From contig CAZOKO010000001.1 in the NCBI GenBank assembly GCA_964580455.1, forward strand, positions 2,992 to 66,991: 64,000 bases of DNA, given 5' to 3'. A model generated the notes under the pieces. It saw only the letters and a list, made by a program, of their open reading frames with translations, was not told the DNA's origin and did not search any database. Position numbers and translations under genes: made by a program. The number at the start of each line of letters is the position of its first letter. Positions within the stretch are counted from its first letter, which is position 1. The DNA is from an uncultured Thermodesulfobacteriota bacterium. Its GTDB lineage: Bacteria; Desulfobacterota; WTBG01. Of the stretch, positions 51,357 to 61,708 are shown one piece after another.

Positions 51357-53272
51357 TCATTTACTATAGTCTTTAGTCCCACTCCTTTTTAACACACCCA
51401 CCAAACCCCTTAATGTTTCCGCCTGCTCCTGATTGGGACTGAGTTCTAAACTTCTTTGAAAGTGAAGCAGTGCTTTTTGATAATCTTTAAGATCATAGTA
51501 AAATAGAGCGCCTAAATTCTTATGAATTTCAGCAGAACCAGAATCAAGTTCTATTGCTTTTGAAAATAACCTGATTGCCTCCTGTATTTTATTATCCTTA
51601 TAGTATTTAATTGCGTGAGCATTTAATGTATTACCAAGGTGCTCATTCAGTGTTTTTTCATCATAACTGTTTATATCACCCACATCAATTTTCAAAGTGC
51701 CAGCTTCTTCCAGATATCTTAAAGCCTTTTCAGGCCACCCCCTTTTCAATGATGAAAGAGCAGCTTGCTTATATCGAAAATATTTCTCCCCTTCCGTTTT
51801 TCCCTTATGTAAACCAAGAGATGCACCATCCAAAACAATAAAGAATACCATACAAAAGGTTGTCAGGAACAAAACTGACTTCTCAAGTCTAGCTCTGGAT
51901 AGCCTCAAAAATACACTCAATAGTATAACTGATAAAAACAGCGCCAGAAGGGGAAGGAGAAGAAGAAAATAGTTCCACACAATGAGAACAAGAGAAACAC
52001 ATGAGGTCACTATAATTTTCCTTTTCATTTTAACAGAATCAATTAATGCAGCTACCCCAAAGGAAAGAATTATGTTACAGTTTAAAATAAAACGATGTCC
52101 AAAAGAGGCCTCATTTAAGAAGCCAGAACAAATTACCAGGGAGGTAAGCAGGCATAGGGAAAATATTATACTCACCCTTTTCTCCATTTTTATGAAAACA
52201 GCTAAGCCAATGAGCCCAAAAATCCATGCCGGCTCAGTTATAAAAACACCCCAATCCTTTCCTACAAAAACATATAAGATGTTTTGAAATATGTTCGTTA
52301 GAGTAAATGATACATGGCTTGCGGGTGGAAGAAGTTTACCCAATATAGTACCCCAGGCAACCAGTTGCGGCAATACAACAACAATATAAGCAACAACCAT
52401 CAACAGTACATTTCTTCCTAATAACTTCAATTCGCTAAATTTTCTCTCGTAAAAACCTCTTATTGCCTGAACAAGAAAATCGAGAAATGGAATCAAAAGA
52501 AACATTCCTGTATTTAGACGAATACTGCAAAGCATTCCCGCCGAAATTCCTAAAAGAAGATAGCCTAAAGCATTCTTGCATTTACTTCTGTACAAAACCC
52601 AGCTGTAAATGAAAAGCACCATCAACAGAAATTTCCCTGAGTGAGACATTCTCTGACGGATAAATGTGTAATAAGGAAGAGGGGTGCTGAAAAAGAGAGT
52701 TATGGTAGCAATAAGAGAAGCCTTCTCAGAGAAATATTTTTCAGAAGAGAAAAATTGAGGATCAATCCCAGGAAAACGCAAAGGCTTGATCCTATTCCCA
52801 CTAAAGCATGGTAGGGGAAAGCATATCCATCCACACCAACCTGGCAACCCAAAAAACTATAGATTGAAGCAATAGCATGTCCTATGAGAAAGAAGGGAAT
52901 CTACAAAACAGCCGACCCGATAGACCAGTAATTGATGCTATACCCTGTAGGTGTTATGGTATCAAAATGGTAGTACCCCTTCTCATTGAAAAAACCAATG
53001 TCGCAGTCAAAAAAAGCAGACCGCAAATAGGCGTAGTAACCCGCATCATCACCAGCATCAATTTTGGTAATAGAATAATATCCGGTATGCTCTCCGGGAT
53101 TAATCCAAGCACTAAAAGTACCAAGGGGTGTTAAGAGGAGAAATGAGAAATAAAATACTAATAAAATTATGAGGTATGAACCATTACGCTGAAGGAATGT
53201 TGGACGGCCGTTATTCTTTAAACATTTTTGATGACCTTTCCTACTTGCAATGTCGTGGGTTGATTTATTCAC
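51357..53272 (-). pseudogene. GT-C-like membrane protein with C-terminal TPR, interrupted
   Basis: GDDAGYYAYLRS..FD motif; TAG at 52901-52903 where Trp fits, then a frameshift at the T5 run 52737-52741. Confidence 0.75.
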
Positions 53273-53299
53273 ACACGGCTTTTTTTTCGCTTCGAATTT

Positions 53300-54277
53300 T
53301 TACTCATAGAGCTGGTACTTAACCCGCCACAAATCACATCTACCACAGATTCTATTGTGGTTTTCTCTAAAGTCTTCAAACTCTTTGCTTTTCCATATTT
53401 CTCTCAGTTCTTTTTCAAAGAGATTTCCCAATCTGTATTTGGGCATACCACAGCAGGGAGTAACTTCAGCCTTTTGATTGATATAAACATAATCATAAAG
53501 TCTCAAACAGTACTTCCCAGAGCGATGAAGAATTGACTTCAAGATTTTATAGCTAACTCTTGCAAGTCCATCAAAAAGGGCATACTGAATACTGTCTACC
53601 CGGATATCGAGTTTCTTTCCCAAACGATCCGCCTCTTGTAAAACTATTCTTTCCTCCTCTGCAGAAGGTCTCTTAATATCACCATTAAATCTAGCATCCA
53701 GTCTTCCAATATTTATCCTTTCAACCCCTGCCTGCTTGCCAAATTGTATCACATCGTAAATATCCTCCCCCTTATCCTTATGCAGCGTGGTTTGGAGGGT
53801 AACTGCAGGAATAATCCCATTGCGTTCTTTCACTAAATCTCTAACATGCTTCAATACATCAAGATCCGAGTGCCCAGCCTCACTAACTCTCTTAACACTC
53901 TCTATAGAAATAGTAATTCCATCCAGGCCTGATGTGATCACTTGATGTCGAAAATCGGGGGTTAATAGAGAGCCGTTGGTTGTCAGTTTTACACTATAGC
54001 CCCTTACTTTACAGTAGGCAATCATTTCAAAAATATGGGGATGTATCAGAGGCTCTCCCCAGCCGGTTAGTGTAAGCTGTTTAACTCCTCTTAGCCGGCT
54101 AATAATCTTTTTAAAAGTCTCAAGTGGCATATCCTCTTTGAGAACCTTAAAATGATCCCTTGGGCACATTATACAATTGAGATTACACCTGTTGGTTATC
54201 TCAATTTGCGCCTGACAGGGATAATCAGGAATTATATAAAAAAGCCTCCCCAGGGTTTCTTTTGCAATATCTTTCAT
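53300..54277 (-). CDS. Radical SAM protein with SPASM/twitch domain
   Basis: CNLNCIMC, GWGEP, TTNG, C-terminal PCC..GN..C..C. Confidence 0.88.
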   Translation of the reverse strand: MKDIAKETLGRLFYIIPDYPCQAQIEITNRCNLNCIMCPRDHFKVLKEDMPLETFKKIISRLRGVKQLTLTGWGEPLIHPHIFEMIAYCKVRGYSVKLTTNGSLLTPDFRHQVITSGLDGITISIESVKRVSEAGHSDLDVLKHVRDLVKERNGIIPAVTLQTTLHKDKGEDIYDVIQFGKQAGVERINIGRLDARFNGDIKRPSAEEERIVLQEADRLGKKLDIRVDSIQYALFDGLARVSYKILKSILHRSGKYCLRLYDYVYINQKAEVTPCCGMPKYRLGNLFEKELREIWKSKEFEDFRENHNRICGRCDLWRVKYQLYE

Positions 54278-55296
54278 TAAATATAGCTTTTAATCAGTTT
54301 CCAGTAAAAATTTAATACTGGGCTTAATCCCTTGTCCAGCAAAGGGTGTTTTATACCACCAATACGAAGTATCCCGACAAAAAGGCAAATAATTTTACTG
54401 TCCTCAACCCTTCTCAATGCTCTGGTGATTCTTCGCTTTTTTAGAATAGAAGGGAATAAACACACTATTTCAAAGTAACTTTTACACTTAAGAATAAACC
54501 ATCCGGTAGTAAGAGCAAAACAAAGCTCAGCCATCTCTACCAGAATCAAAGCCGGAAAGATAAGTAGCAGTGTTTTAAGCTGATAATTCTTTAACAACAG
54601 TTGCAGCCGATTCTTTTCCGAATGATAAAATTTTTTGGGGTTTTTGCTGAAGTGGTATTTATGATACATAACCGCTTCAGGATTAACCATAAGTTTTTTA
54701 CCTGACAGTCTTATCCTCCAAGAGAGATCGTGGTCTTCATGGTACATAAAAAAGTCCTGATCAAAACCTCCCACCTGATTAAAAAGCTCTCGCTTAACTA
54801 AAAATATTCCACCGCAGGCAGTCTCCTCAATTTGCATATGAGCTCTATCTTCTTCGTCAATATATTTAGGACAAGCTAAACCAAGATAGTTGATAATATT
54901 TCCAAAAGAGTTGATTTTATTCCTATCATTAAAGTATAAAATTTTAGGGACTACTGCCCCCACCTTTTCATCTTCAATTATGTCGACCATCTTTTCTACA
55001 CAACACTCATCCAGGTAAAGATCATTATTTAAGAACAGAACATACTCACCACTCGAACATTCAACCCCTCTATTAACTGCAGGGCCAAATCCCATATTAT
55101 CCGGGTTAACGAGCACATTTACTACAGGAAAGAAGTCCTTCATATACTCAACCGATCCATCAACTGAGGCATTATCAATCAGCAACAGTTCCAGAGGAGT
55201 GTATGTCTGTTTCTTTAATGAAATAAAACAATCCTCAAGATGCTCCTTCCCGTTCCAATTTACCACAATGATGGATACTAACTTCTTTTTTGTCAT
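54277..55296 (-). CDS. Glycosyltransferase family 2
   Basis: VSIIVVNWN, DNASVDGS, FLNND, FFMYHED.D. Confidence 0.9.
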   Translation of the reverse strand: MTKKKLVSIIVVNWNGKEHLEDCFISLKKQTYTPLELLLIDNASVDGSVEYMKDFFPVVNVLVNPDNMGFGPAVNRGVECSSGEYVLFLNNDLYLDECCVEKMVDIIEDEKVGAVVPKILYFNDRNKINSFGNIINYLGLACPKYIDEEDRAHMQIEETACGGIFLVKRELFNQVGGFDQDFFMYHEDHDLSWRIRLSGKKLMVNPEAVMYHKYHFSKNPKKFYHSEKNRLQLLLKNYQLKTLLLIFPALILVEMAELCFALTTGWFILKCKSYFEIVCLFPSILKKRRITRALRRVEDSKIICLFVGILRIGGIKHPLLDKGLSPVLNFYWKLIKSYI

Positions 55297-55304
55297 ATTT
55301 CACT

Positions 55305-55518
55305 CGATACACGATTCAAGATTCACGATGCATGATTCATGATACACGATGGTATTTTATAACTGCCTCTCTAAAGTTATAGAGCTTTGCACCTAATTCT
55401 TCATATCTATGAAAAAATCTTTCGAAAATGTCTTTCTCAAGTGATTCAGTTTCATAAGCATCTCTAAATGAACTTTAGTTTCATTCCTGCATCCTGTATC
55501 CTCTATCCTGCATCCTGC
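55305..55518 (-). pseudogene. Four-helix-bundle gene remnant between inverted heptad arrays
   Basis: Manual translation NETKVHLEML...YEELGAKLYNFREAV; GATGCAT/GATTCA heptads on the left, ATCCTGY heptads on the right. Confidence 0.6.
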
Positions 55519-55523
55519 TTGTA

Positions 55524-55925
55524 TCATAATATCTTTTCATAAAAAGTATCGGAGTCTTTTTCATTATAGGGTTCATCAATGTAGATAAGCAGATACATCA
55601 TCTCACTGCCTGTGTTTTCAATCGCATGGGATACATGAGGAGGAATTCTTACTGTTTTAAGATGATGCTCACTCAATCTCAACTCTTCTCGCTCTCCTGA
55701 ATGCATATCTACCAGCACAAGTCGTGCTTCACCCTTAAGCACGCAATACCACTCAAATTTTCGCTTATGGTAGTGGTTCCCTTTCACATAACCAGGATAG
55801 GCAGTAGTTACCATAAATTGCCCAAACTCTTTTTCTCTGATCAATTCCTCTTTGCGGACAATCTCAGCCAACCAGCCCCGTTCATCCTTTTTTGTATCAA
55901 GTGAATTAACCTCAACTCCCTTCAT
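55524..55925 (-). CDS. Cupin, CapF/WbjC C-terminal (WxcM-like) domain
   Basis: DERG, KGNHYH, IPP..SHAIEN, DTF. Confidence 0.82.
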   Translation of the reverse strand: MKGVEVNSLDTKKDERGWLAEIVRKEELIREKEFGQFMVTTAYPGYVKGNHYHKRKFEWYCVLKGEARLVLVDMHSGEREELRLSEHHLKTVRIPPHVSHAIENTGSEMMYLLIYIDEPYNEKDSDTFYEKIL

Positions 55926-56049
55926 CTACTATTCCTCTTGAAACTATTTATACAGGATAATAGAATTGACAAGATAATTTCTAAATCCTGTTCACTCTAT
56001 TACCCTATTAAGTATTTTTCCTATTCAAATCCGCAAGATTTTAGACCAG

Positions 56050-56904
56050 CTATTTCCTCCTAAACCATTCATAGGTCATCTTCAAGCCATCTTTAATCTC
56101 CATCTGGGGACTCCAGTTAAATTGCTCCCTGCATTTGGTATTATCTCCCCACCAAATTATCTCATTATCCTGCGAGTCATCCTTATATTCCACCTCGATT
56201 ATTTTTCCTGAAATCTCAGATAACATCTCGATAATCTGATTGACAGTTACTACTTTTCCAGAACAGAGGTTGACTATTTCTACTCCTTCTTGTTTATAGT
56301 TTATAACTTGTAAAAGCACCTGGATCACATCACTGATATAAAGAAAATCTCTGCCCTGCTTACCAGAACCATACACAGTAAACGGCTTATTCTGGGTTAA
56401 AAGATCAGAAAAAGTAGAAATCACCGAATTATAGTAGGGTTTACACCCGGGCCCAAAGAAATTTGACCCCCTGAAAATAATACTTCTGATTTGATAACAG
56501 GAAATTATTTCTTCAGCAGTTTTTTTAGAAACGCCATAAATGTTTTCAGGGGATGCAGGGTGGAGTTCGTTTATAATGCCTGACTTCTCTGGTACCTGAT
56601 ATACCTGAAAAGAAGACAGGTAAACCAATTGAACATCACGTTTGGCGTAAGCAGTTATAGCTTCCAGGACATTTAAGGTGCCAAGGACATTTGTTTTGAT
56701 CAGATTTTCCTTAGTATCTCTGTTTACACCGGCCAGATGAAAGATTACTTCTTTATCTTCCACAAAGGACTTCATACTTTCCATTTGAAAAAGGTTGTAT
56801 TTCTTTTTATCAAAAGGTTCAACCTCTACCTCAGGCATAGAGATTAAAGCATTCAGTAAATGTCTGCCAACAAAACCATAAGCTCCTGTAATACCAATCT
56901 TCAT
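56050..56904 (-). CDS. NAD-dependent epimerase/reductase, CapF N-terminal-like
   Basis: ITGAYGFVG, HLAGVNR, YGVSK, CKPYYNSVISTF. Confidence 0.85.
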   Translation of the reverse strand: MKIGITGAYGFVGRHLLNALISMPEVEVEPFDKKKYNLFQMESMKSFVEDKEVIFHLAGVNRDTKENLIKTNVLGTLNVLEAITAYAKRDVQLVYLSSFQVYQVPEKSGIINELHPASPENIYGVSKKTAEEIISCYQIRSIIFRGSNFFGPGCKPYYNSVISTFSDLLTQNKPFTVYGSGKQGRDFLYISDVIQVLLQVINYKQEGVEIVNLCSGKVVTVNQIIEMLSEISGKIIEVEYKDDSQDNEIIWWGDNTKCREQFNWSPQMEIKDGLKMTYEWFRRK

Positions 56905-57842
56905 TGCGATCTGATCCACTCCTCGGTTCTGGCAATCCCCTCTTTAAGACTTACGTTAGGTTTCCATCCCAAAAGTGATTTAGCCTTAGAGTAATCACAG
57001 CAAAGCCTGGCTATCTCTGATTGAGGATGGTGGTGGGGAATATGTTTTATCCTGTTCCTATCCTGACAAACAAGCAGTGCAAGTTCATTGATCGAGATAT
57101 CCTCACCCGTTCCCGCATTTACTACATGGCCAATAGCCTCTTCAGCAAAAGATGCTTCCAGGAGAAAATCTGCACAATCCTCTACATAGAGGAGGTCACG
57201 GGTTTGAGTGCCATCACCAAATATCTCCAGGTCCTTCCCCTCCAAGTACCTCTTAATAAAAATGGAAACCACTCCCCCCTCCATATTACTTTTTTGAAAA
57301 GGGCCATAGGTATTAAATGGTCTGCAAACAACCACAGGTAAACCATACCCATAATAGTAGGACTCCGCCAAATTCTCTGCTGCCAGTTTAGAACCGGCAT
57401 AAGGCGAAACGGGTTTCACCTGGTGCTGCTCATTGATAGCATTAGAAGAATGAACCAGATCATAGACCATACAGGTACCAACCAGAACGACTTTTGTTTT
57501 ATAGTTGCGAGCCTCTTCTAATATATTATAGGTCCCTGTTATATTGGTAGTAAATGCCTTTTCCGGATCGTCGAGGCTTTCCTGCACATTAATCTGGGCT
57601 GCCAGGTGAATACAGAGATCAAAGTGGTTAAGAAAAAGTTTCCTTATTAAATCTCTTTCTCTTATATCTCCCTTGATAAATTCCCTGTAAGCATCACTGC
57701 GTCGCAGTCCTCTCAGATTATCTTCACTCCCGTTGGACAGGTTATCGAGCACCCATACTTCGATATCTTTGTCCATTTCAAGCAACCCCTTAACAACCCA
57801 CCTTCCTATAAATCCCGCCCCACCGGTAACCAGTACCTTCAT
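56901..57842 (-). CDS. NAD-dependent epimerase/dehydratase
   Basis: TGGAGFIG, YAGSK, RPFNTYGP, GDGTQTRD. Confidence 0.9.
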   Translation of the reverse strand: MKVLVTGGAGFIGRWVVKGLLEMDKDIEVWVLDNLSNGSEDNLRGLRRSDAYREFIKGDIRERDLIRKLFLNHFDLCIHLAAQINVQESLDDPEKAFTTNITGTYNILEEARNYKTKVVLVGTCMVYDLVHSSNAINEQHQVKPVSPYAGSKLAAENLAESYYYGYGLPVVVCRPFNTYGPFQKSNMEGGVVSIFIKRYLEGKDLEIFGDGTQTRDLLYVEDCADFLLEASFAEEAIGHVVNAGTGEDISINELALLVCQDRNRIKHIPHHHPQSEIARLCCDYSKAKSLLGWKPNVSLKEGIARTEEWIRSQ

Positions 57843-58798
57843 TTAATATGCCTCCGATACCATTCAGCAGTTCTTTTTAGTCCTTCTTCCAGGGAATACT
57901 GAGGCTCCCATCCAGTCTTCTTTTTAATTTCAGAATAGTCCGCCTCTAGCGACATGAGATCAGCTGATCGCCCTTTTTGGTAAACAATCTCAGAAGTTGA
58001 ACCTGTTATGTCTAAAATTATCCTTGTCAAATCTTTAATGGAAGTCTGTTTACCCGTTCCAATATTGAAAATTTCACCGGCCAATTCCCTACCTCTCTCG
58101 ACAACCAATACATAAGCATGAACAGCATCCTTTACATACTGAAAATCCCTTGTCTGCTCTCCTTGATTATGGATAACAAGAGGTTCCCCTTTAAGAGCTT
58201 TGACCAGATAGTTAGAGATTACACCAGCATTTCCACTTATATCCTGGTTTTCACCAAAAGTATTAAAATTCCTCAATATGACAACCGGGTATTTATACCA
58301 CTGATACATGGCATAGCAATGCTTTTCTGCTGCTAATTTGGTTACCGCATAGATACTTCGAGGAAGCATGGGATGATTAATATCCATAGGGGTATAAATA
58401 GGATTACCATAGACCTCCGGTGAAGAGGCATAAATAAGAAGAGGCCATTTTTTCACTCTCACCAGTGTCTGCATAAATCGAAAGGTTCCATATTCATTAT
58501 TCTTAAAATAATCTTCCTGCCTCTCCATGGATTCTGGAATGGAGATATGTGCAGCTAAATGCACTACCACATCCAGATTCATCTGGTCAATCTCTTCAAA
58601 GGTTAAATCATAAAACTTCCCTTCTATGAGCTTAAACTTTTGTTTAAACTGTTCTGATTTGATAAAGGGGTCTTTTTCGAAATATTCTCGGGAGAAATCA
58701 TCAATCCCTATCACCTGACTAACATCTTCTCTCTTTACCAGTTCATCCACTAGATGAACACCATAAAGACCTGCAGCACCCGTAATTAAAATTCTCAT
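57839..58798 (-). CDS. NAD-dependent epimerase/dehydratase
   Basis: TGAAGLYG, SSPEVYG, YAVTK, QTRDF. Confidence 0.88.
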   Translation of the reverse strand: MRILITGAAGLYGVHLVDELVKREDVSQVIGIDDFSREYFEKDPFIKSEQFKQKFKLIEGKFYDLTFEEIDQMNLDVVVHLAAHISIPESMERQEDYFKNNEYGTFRFMQTLVRVKKWPLLIYASSPEVYGNPIYTPMDINHPMLPRSIYAVTKLAAEKHCYAMYQWYKYPVVILRNFNTFGENQDISGNAGVISNYLVKALKGEPLVIHNQGEQTRDFQYVKDAVHAYVLVVERGRELAGEIFNIGTGKQTSIKDLTRIILDITGSTSEIVYQKGRSADLMSLEADYSEIKKKTGWEPQYSLEEGLKRTAEWYRRHIK

Positions 58799-58856
58799 TC
58801 CTACTCCTTTCCTCACTTTTCAGTCAATTAAATGCCCTCTAGTAGCTAGCCAATTC

Positions 58857-60293
58857 TCATCTTCTCACAGGGAATACTGTTATAAGAAAGGCATAAAAAC
58901 CTTTTAAAATCCTGAAAATATTACCGGGATTTTTAACCATCCTTAAGAAATAATTCCAAATAATGCGTGGTCTCAAATAAAATTCTTTTAACATCCTTCT
59001 AGTACTGCTGTTGAGTATCTCTTCATCCAAACCTTTCGGAATAAAAACAGGCTGCAGCAGATTCATTTTATCCCAACTATTTGTAAAAACCCCATACTGG
59101 TGAGCAATCTCATAAAGTTCTGAGCCCGGGAAAGGGGTAAGCATCATTACACTGATATCATTCAGAGGTATCTTTTTAGCAAGATTTATTGTCTTAGAAA
59201 TGGTTTCCTCACTTTCAAGAGGATGACCTACCATAAAGAACCCCTTTGTCAGGATTCCCGCTTCTCTGGTCCATGCAACCGCCTGCTCCACCTGAGCTAA
59301 ATCAATCTTTTTCTTCTCCAGGTCAAGAATATGCTGTGCTCCACTTTCAATACCGTACCCTATCTCCCAACACCCGGCTTTGTGCATCAGTTCTAATATC
59401 TCCGGGGTTACCATGTCTACTCTCCCCAGACAGGACCAGGAGAGGTCAAGCTTTTCTCTCAAAATAGACTCGCATATTTTAATTAATCTTGATTTAAACA
59501 TTACAAAGGTATCATCTTCTATTAGTAATTCTTTTATCCCATATCCATAAACCAGCTCCTTAATCCAGTTGATGATATACTCGGAACTGAAAGCTCGACA
59601 GCGATTGCCAAAGACCGATCGGTCACAAAAGATGCACCGATTAGGACACCCCCTGCTGGTTACAATAGCTGCAGCAGGAAAACGTGCCATCTTGAAAGGA
59701 GGAGGATGAAATGCCCTGGGGAAGCCCTCAAGAAGATCATGGGCCGGAAAAGGGAGCTGATCCAAATCTTCAATTAACTCTCTCGAAGAAGTAAGCTTAA
59801 GAGACCTATCCTCGCCTTCCCCCTCTCTATATATAACACCTTTAACTGTTTCCAGTTTTTCCCCATTTTCTAATGCTTTCAACAATTCAACTATGGTTGT
59901 CTCACCTTCTCCAACAACACCTACATCAAAGTCAGAAAAACGCTCCATGGTCTCCTGAGGTGCCGAAGTAATATGGGGCCCCCCAACAATAATTGTAATA
60001 TTCTCATCAATCAGTTTTATACATCCTGCCAGTTGAGCTGCAGTACCGATTGAGAAGGTAGTAGCAGATAGCCCTACATGGCAGGGCTTAATCTCCCTGA
60101 TTTTCTGGAGCACCTGCCCCTGATCTAAATCCCTGGCAGCAGCCTCAATTACTAAGGAGTCAAATCCATACTTCCTGGTTACGGCAGCAAGTGAGATTAT
60201 ACCCAGCGAAGGCATCGCATTGCCCGCCTTAGCCCATGAACCGTATCGCGCTTCGAGGGATAAGGGGGGGGTCATAAAAATTATACTACTCAT
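58857..60293 (-). CDS. B12-binding radical SAM protein
   Basis: PSLG, GGPH, SRGCPNRCIFC, DDTF, GIESG. Confidence 0.9.
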   Translation of the reverse strand: MSSIIFMTPPLSLEARYGSWAKAGNAMPSLGIISLAAVTRKYGFDSLVIEAAARDLDQGQVLQKIREIKPCHVGLSATTFSIGTAAQLAGCIKLIDENITIIVGGPHITSAPQETMERFSDFDVGVVGEGETTIVELLKALENGEKLETVKGVIYREGEGEDRSLKLTSSRELIEDLDQLPFPAHDLLEGFPRAFHPPPFKMARFPAAAIVTSRGCPNRCIFCDRSVFGNRCRAFSSEYIINWIKELVYGYGIKELLIEDDTFVMFKSRLIKICESILREKLDLSWSCLGRVDMVTPEILELMHKAGCWEIGYGIESGAQHILDLEKKKIDLAQVEQAVAWTREAGILTKGFFMVGHPLESEETISKTINLAKKIPLNDISVMMLTPFPGSELYEIAHQYGVFTNSWDKMNLLQPVFIPKGLDEEILNSSTRRMLKEFYLRPRIIWNYFLRMVKNPGNIFRILKGFYAFLITVFPVRR

Positions 60294-60479
60294 AAACGTA
60301 CTCTTTAAACCATAAAAGAAGTTAATGCTAAAGCAGGAATGACAGTTTGTTTTGAATTCTGTACTCTGTAATTTTCATTTTTACTTGGCCGAGCTCAGCC
60401 AGGCATTGTCTGTTCAACTTAATTTCTAATATCACATTTTATATTATTATTCCAGTAATTGTAAAACTAAAGAAATATC

Positions 60480-60507
60480 TTGTATTTCAACTCCATTTTG
60501 ATAAACT
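60480..60507 (+). promoter_or_regulatory. Candidate promoter for the GT2-DUF2304-TMTC operon
   Basis: TTGTAT-N16-TAAACT with a TGn extension. Confidence 0.4.
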
Positions 60508-60553
60508 GGTGCAGGTTACATTCAGTTACCACCCATAAGAGATTATTGATAAG

Positions 60554-61315
60554 TTGACTACTAGCAGGAACTGTAAATTGAATACATCATCCAAAATTCT
60601 GACAATCATACCGGCTCTCAATGAAGAAAAGAACATTGCCCAGGTAATTGACGGCATCAAGAAAAACGCACCTTTCTGTGACATTCTGGTAATCGATGAC
60701 GGTTCTTCTGATTCCACTGCGGTACTCGCTAAAACAACAGGTGCTAAAGTTATCCATCTGCCGTTCAATATGGGATATGGGATTGCCCTTCAAACAGGAT
60801 ATAAGTATGCCCTTGAGAACGGCTATCACTACATGGCACAGATAGATGGCGATGGTCAGCACGATCCTCAATACATCAAAGAGCTTTTAGAGATAGTTAC
60901 ATCTGGGGAAGCCGACATTACTATAGGGTCCAGATTTTCAAAAAATAATAGAAATCACACCTATAAAGCTGGGTGGGTAAAACGGACAGGCATTATACTG
61001 TTTGCCTACATTACCTCAATAATCATAAAACAAAAGGTTTCTGATCCTACTTCAGGATATCAAGCTATCAATAGAAAGGTAGCAAAATTCTATGCCAGTG
61101 AATCATATCCTTCCGACTATCCTGACGCTGATGTCATCATTATGCTTCATCGAGCCGGTTTCAGAATTAAAGAGCTTCCTGTTGTCATGTACCAGAACAG
61201 GAACAGGAAATCGATGCACAGCGGTATGAAACCATTTTATTACATCTTCAAGATGTTCCTTTCTATCTTTCTCACCCTTTTGAGAAAAAGTGAACTGCTA
61301 AACCAGAGAAATTAG
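60554..61315 (+). CDS. GT2, polyprenol-phosphate sugar synthase-like
   Basis: IIPALNEE, DDGSSD, DGDGQHDP, GSRF, DPTSGY; start uncertain. Confidence 0.88.
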   Translation: MTTSRNCKLNTSSKILTIIPALNEEKNIAQVIDGIKKNAPFCDILVIDDGSSDSTAVLAKTTGAKVIHLPFNMGYGIALQTGYKYALENGYHYMAQIDGDGQHDPQYIKELLEIVTSGEADITIGSRFSKNNRNHTYKAGWVKRTGIILFAYITSIIIKQKVSDPTSGYQAINRKVAKFYASESYPSDYPDADVIIMLHRAGFRIKELPVVMYQNRNRKSMHSGMKPFYYIFKMFLSIFLTLLRKSELLNQRN

Positions 61316-61320
61316 AGAAT

Positions 61321-61692
61321 ATGCCCTTACAACAGAAGTTTTTTGCTATCATCATCAGTCTTTCTCTTCTGGTATTTATCATCGAGCTGGTACGACGGAA
61401 AAAGCTGAGGGAAGAATATTCCTGGCTCTGGTTACTGACAGGAACTATAATCTTGATACTTGCCCTCTGGTATGACCTGCTGCAATGGATGACAAGTCTT
61501 ATCGGTGCAGGACTTCCAACTTCTACACTCTTCTTTCTGGGGCTGGTTTTTCTCATCCTGATTGCTATTCAGTTTTCGGTAAAGGTATCAGCATTACATA
61601 CTCAGGTTAAAAACCTGGCACAAGAAAATGGACTGCTTAAAAACAGGATTGAAAATCTGGAAGAAGGGGACACCCCTAAAAGAGAGAAATAA
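61321..61692 (+). CDS. DUF2304 family small membrane protein
   Basis: LVRRKKLREEYSWLWL, three TMs, LAQE coiled tail; usual partner of this GT2 type. Confidence 0.85.
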   Translation: MPLQQKFFAIIISLSLLVFIIELVRRKKLREEYSWLWLLTGTIILILALWYDLLQWMTSLIGAGLPTSTLFFLGLVFLILIAIQFSVKVSALHTQVKNLAQENGLLKNRIENLEEGDTPKREK

Positions 61693-61708
61693 AAAAGGAG
61701 AGCTTACA

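Noticed and set aside
52901-52903. Pyrrolysine or programmed readthrough of TAG
   Set aside because: The position fits a Trp-to-stop change, a frameshift follows, and no pyl genes are in the window.
60350-60387. Heptad-like tract TTTTGAA TTCTGTA CTCTGTA ATTTTCA
   Set aside because: Single AT-rich degenerate arm without an inverted partner; may be chance.
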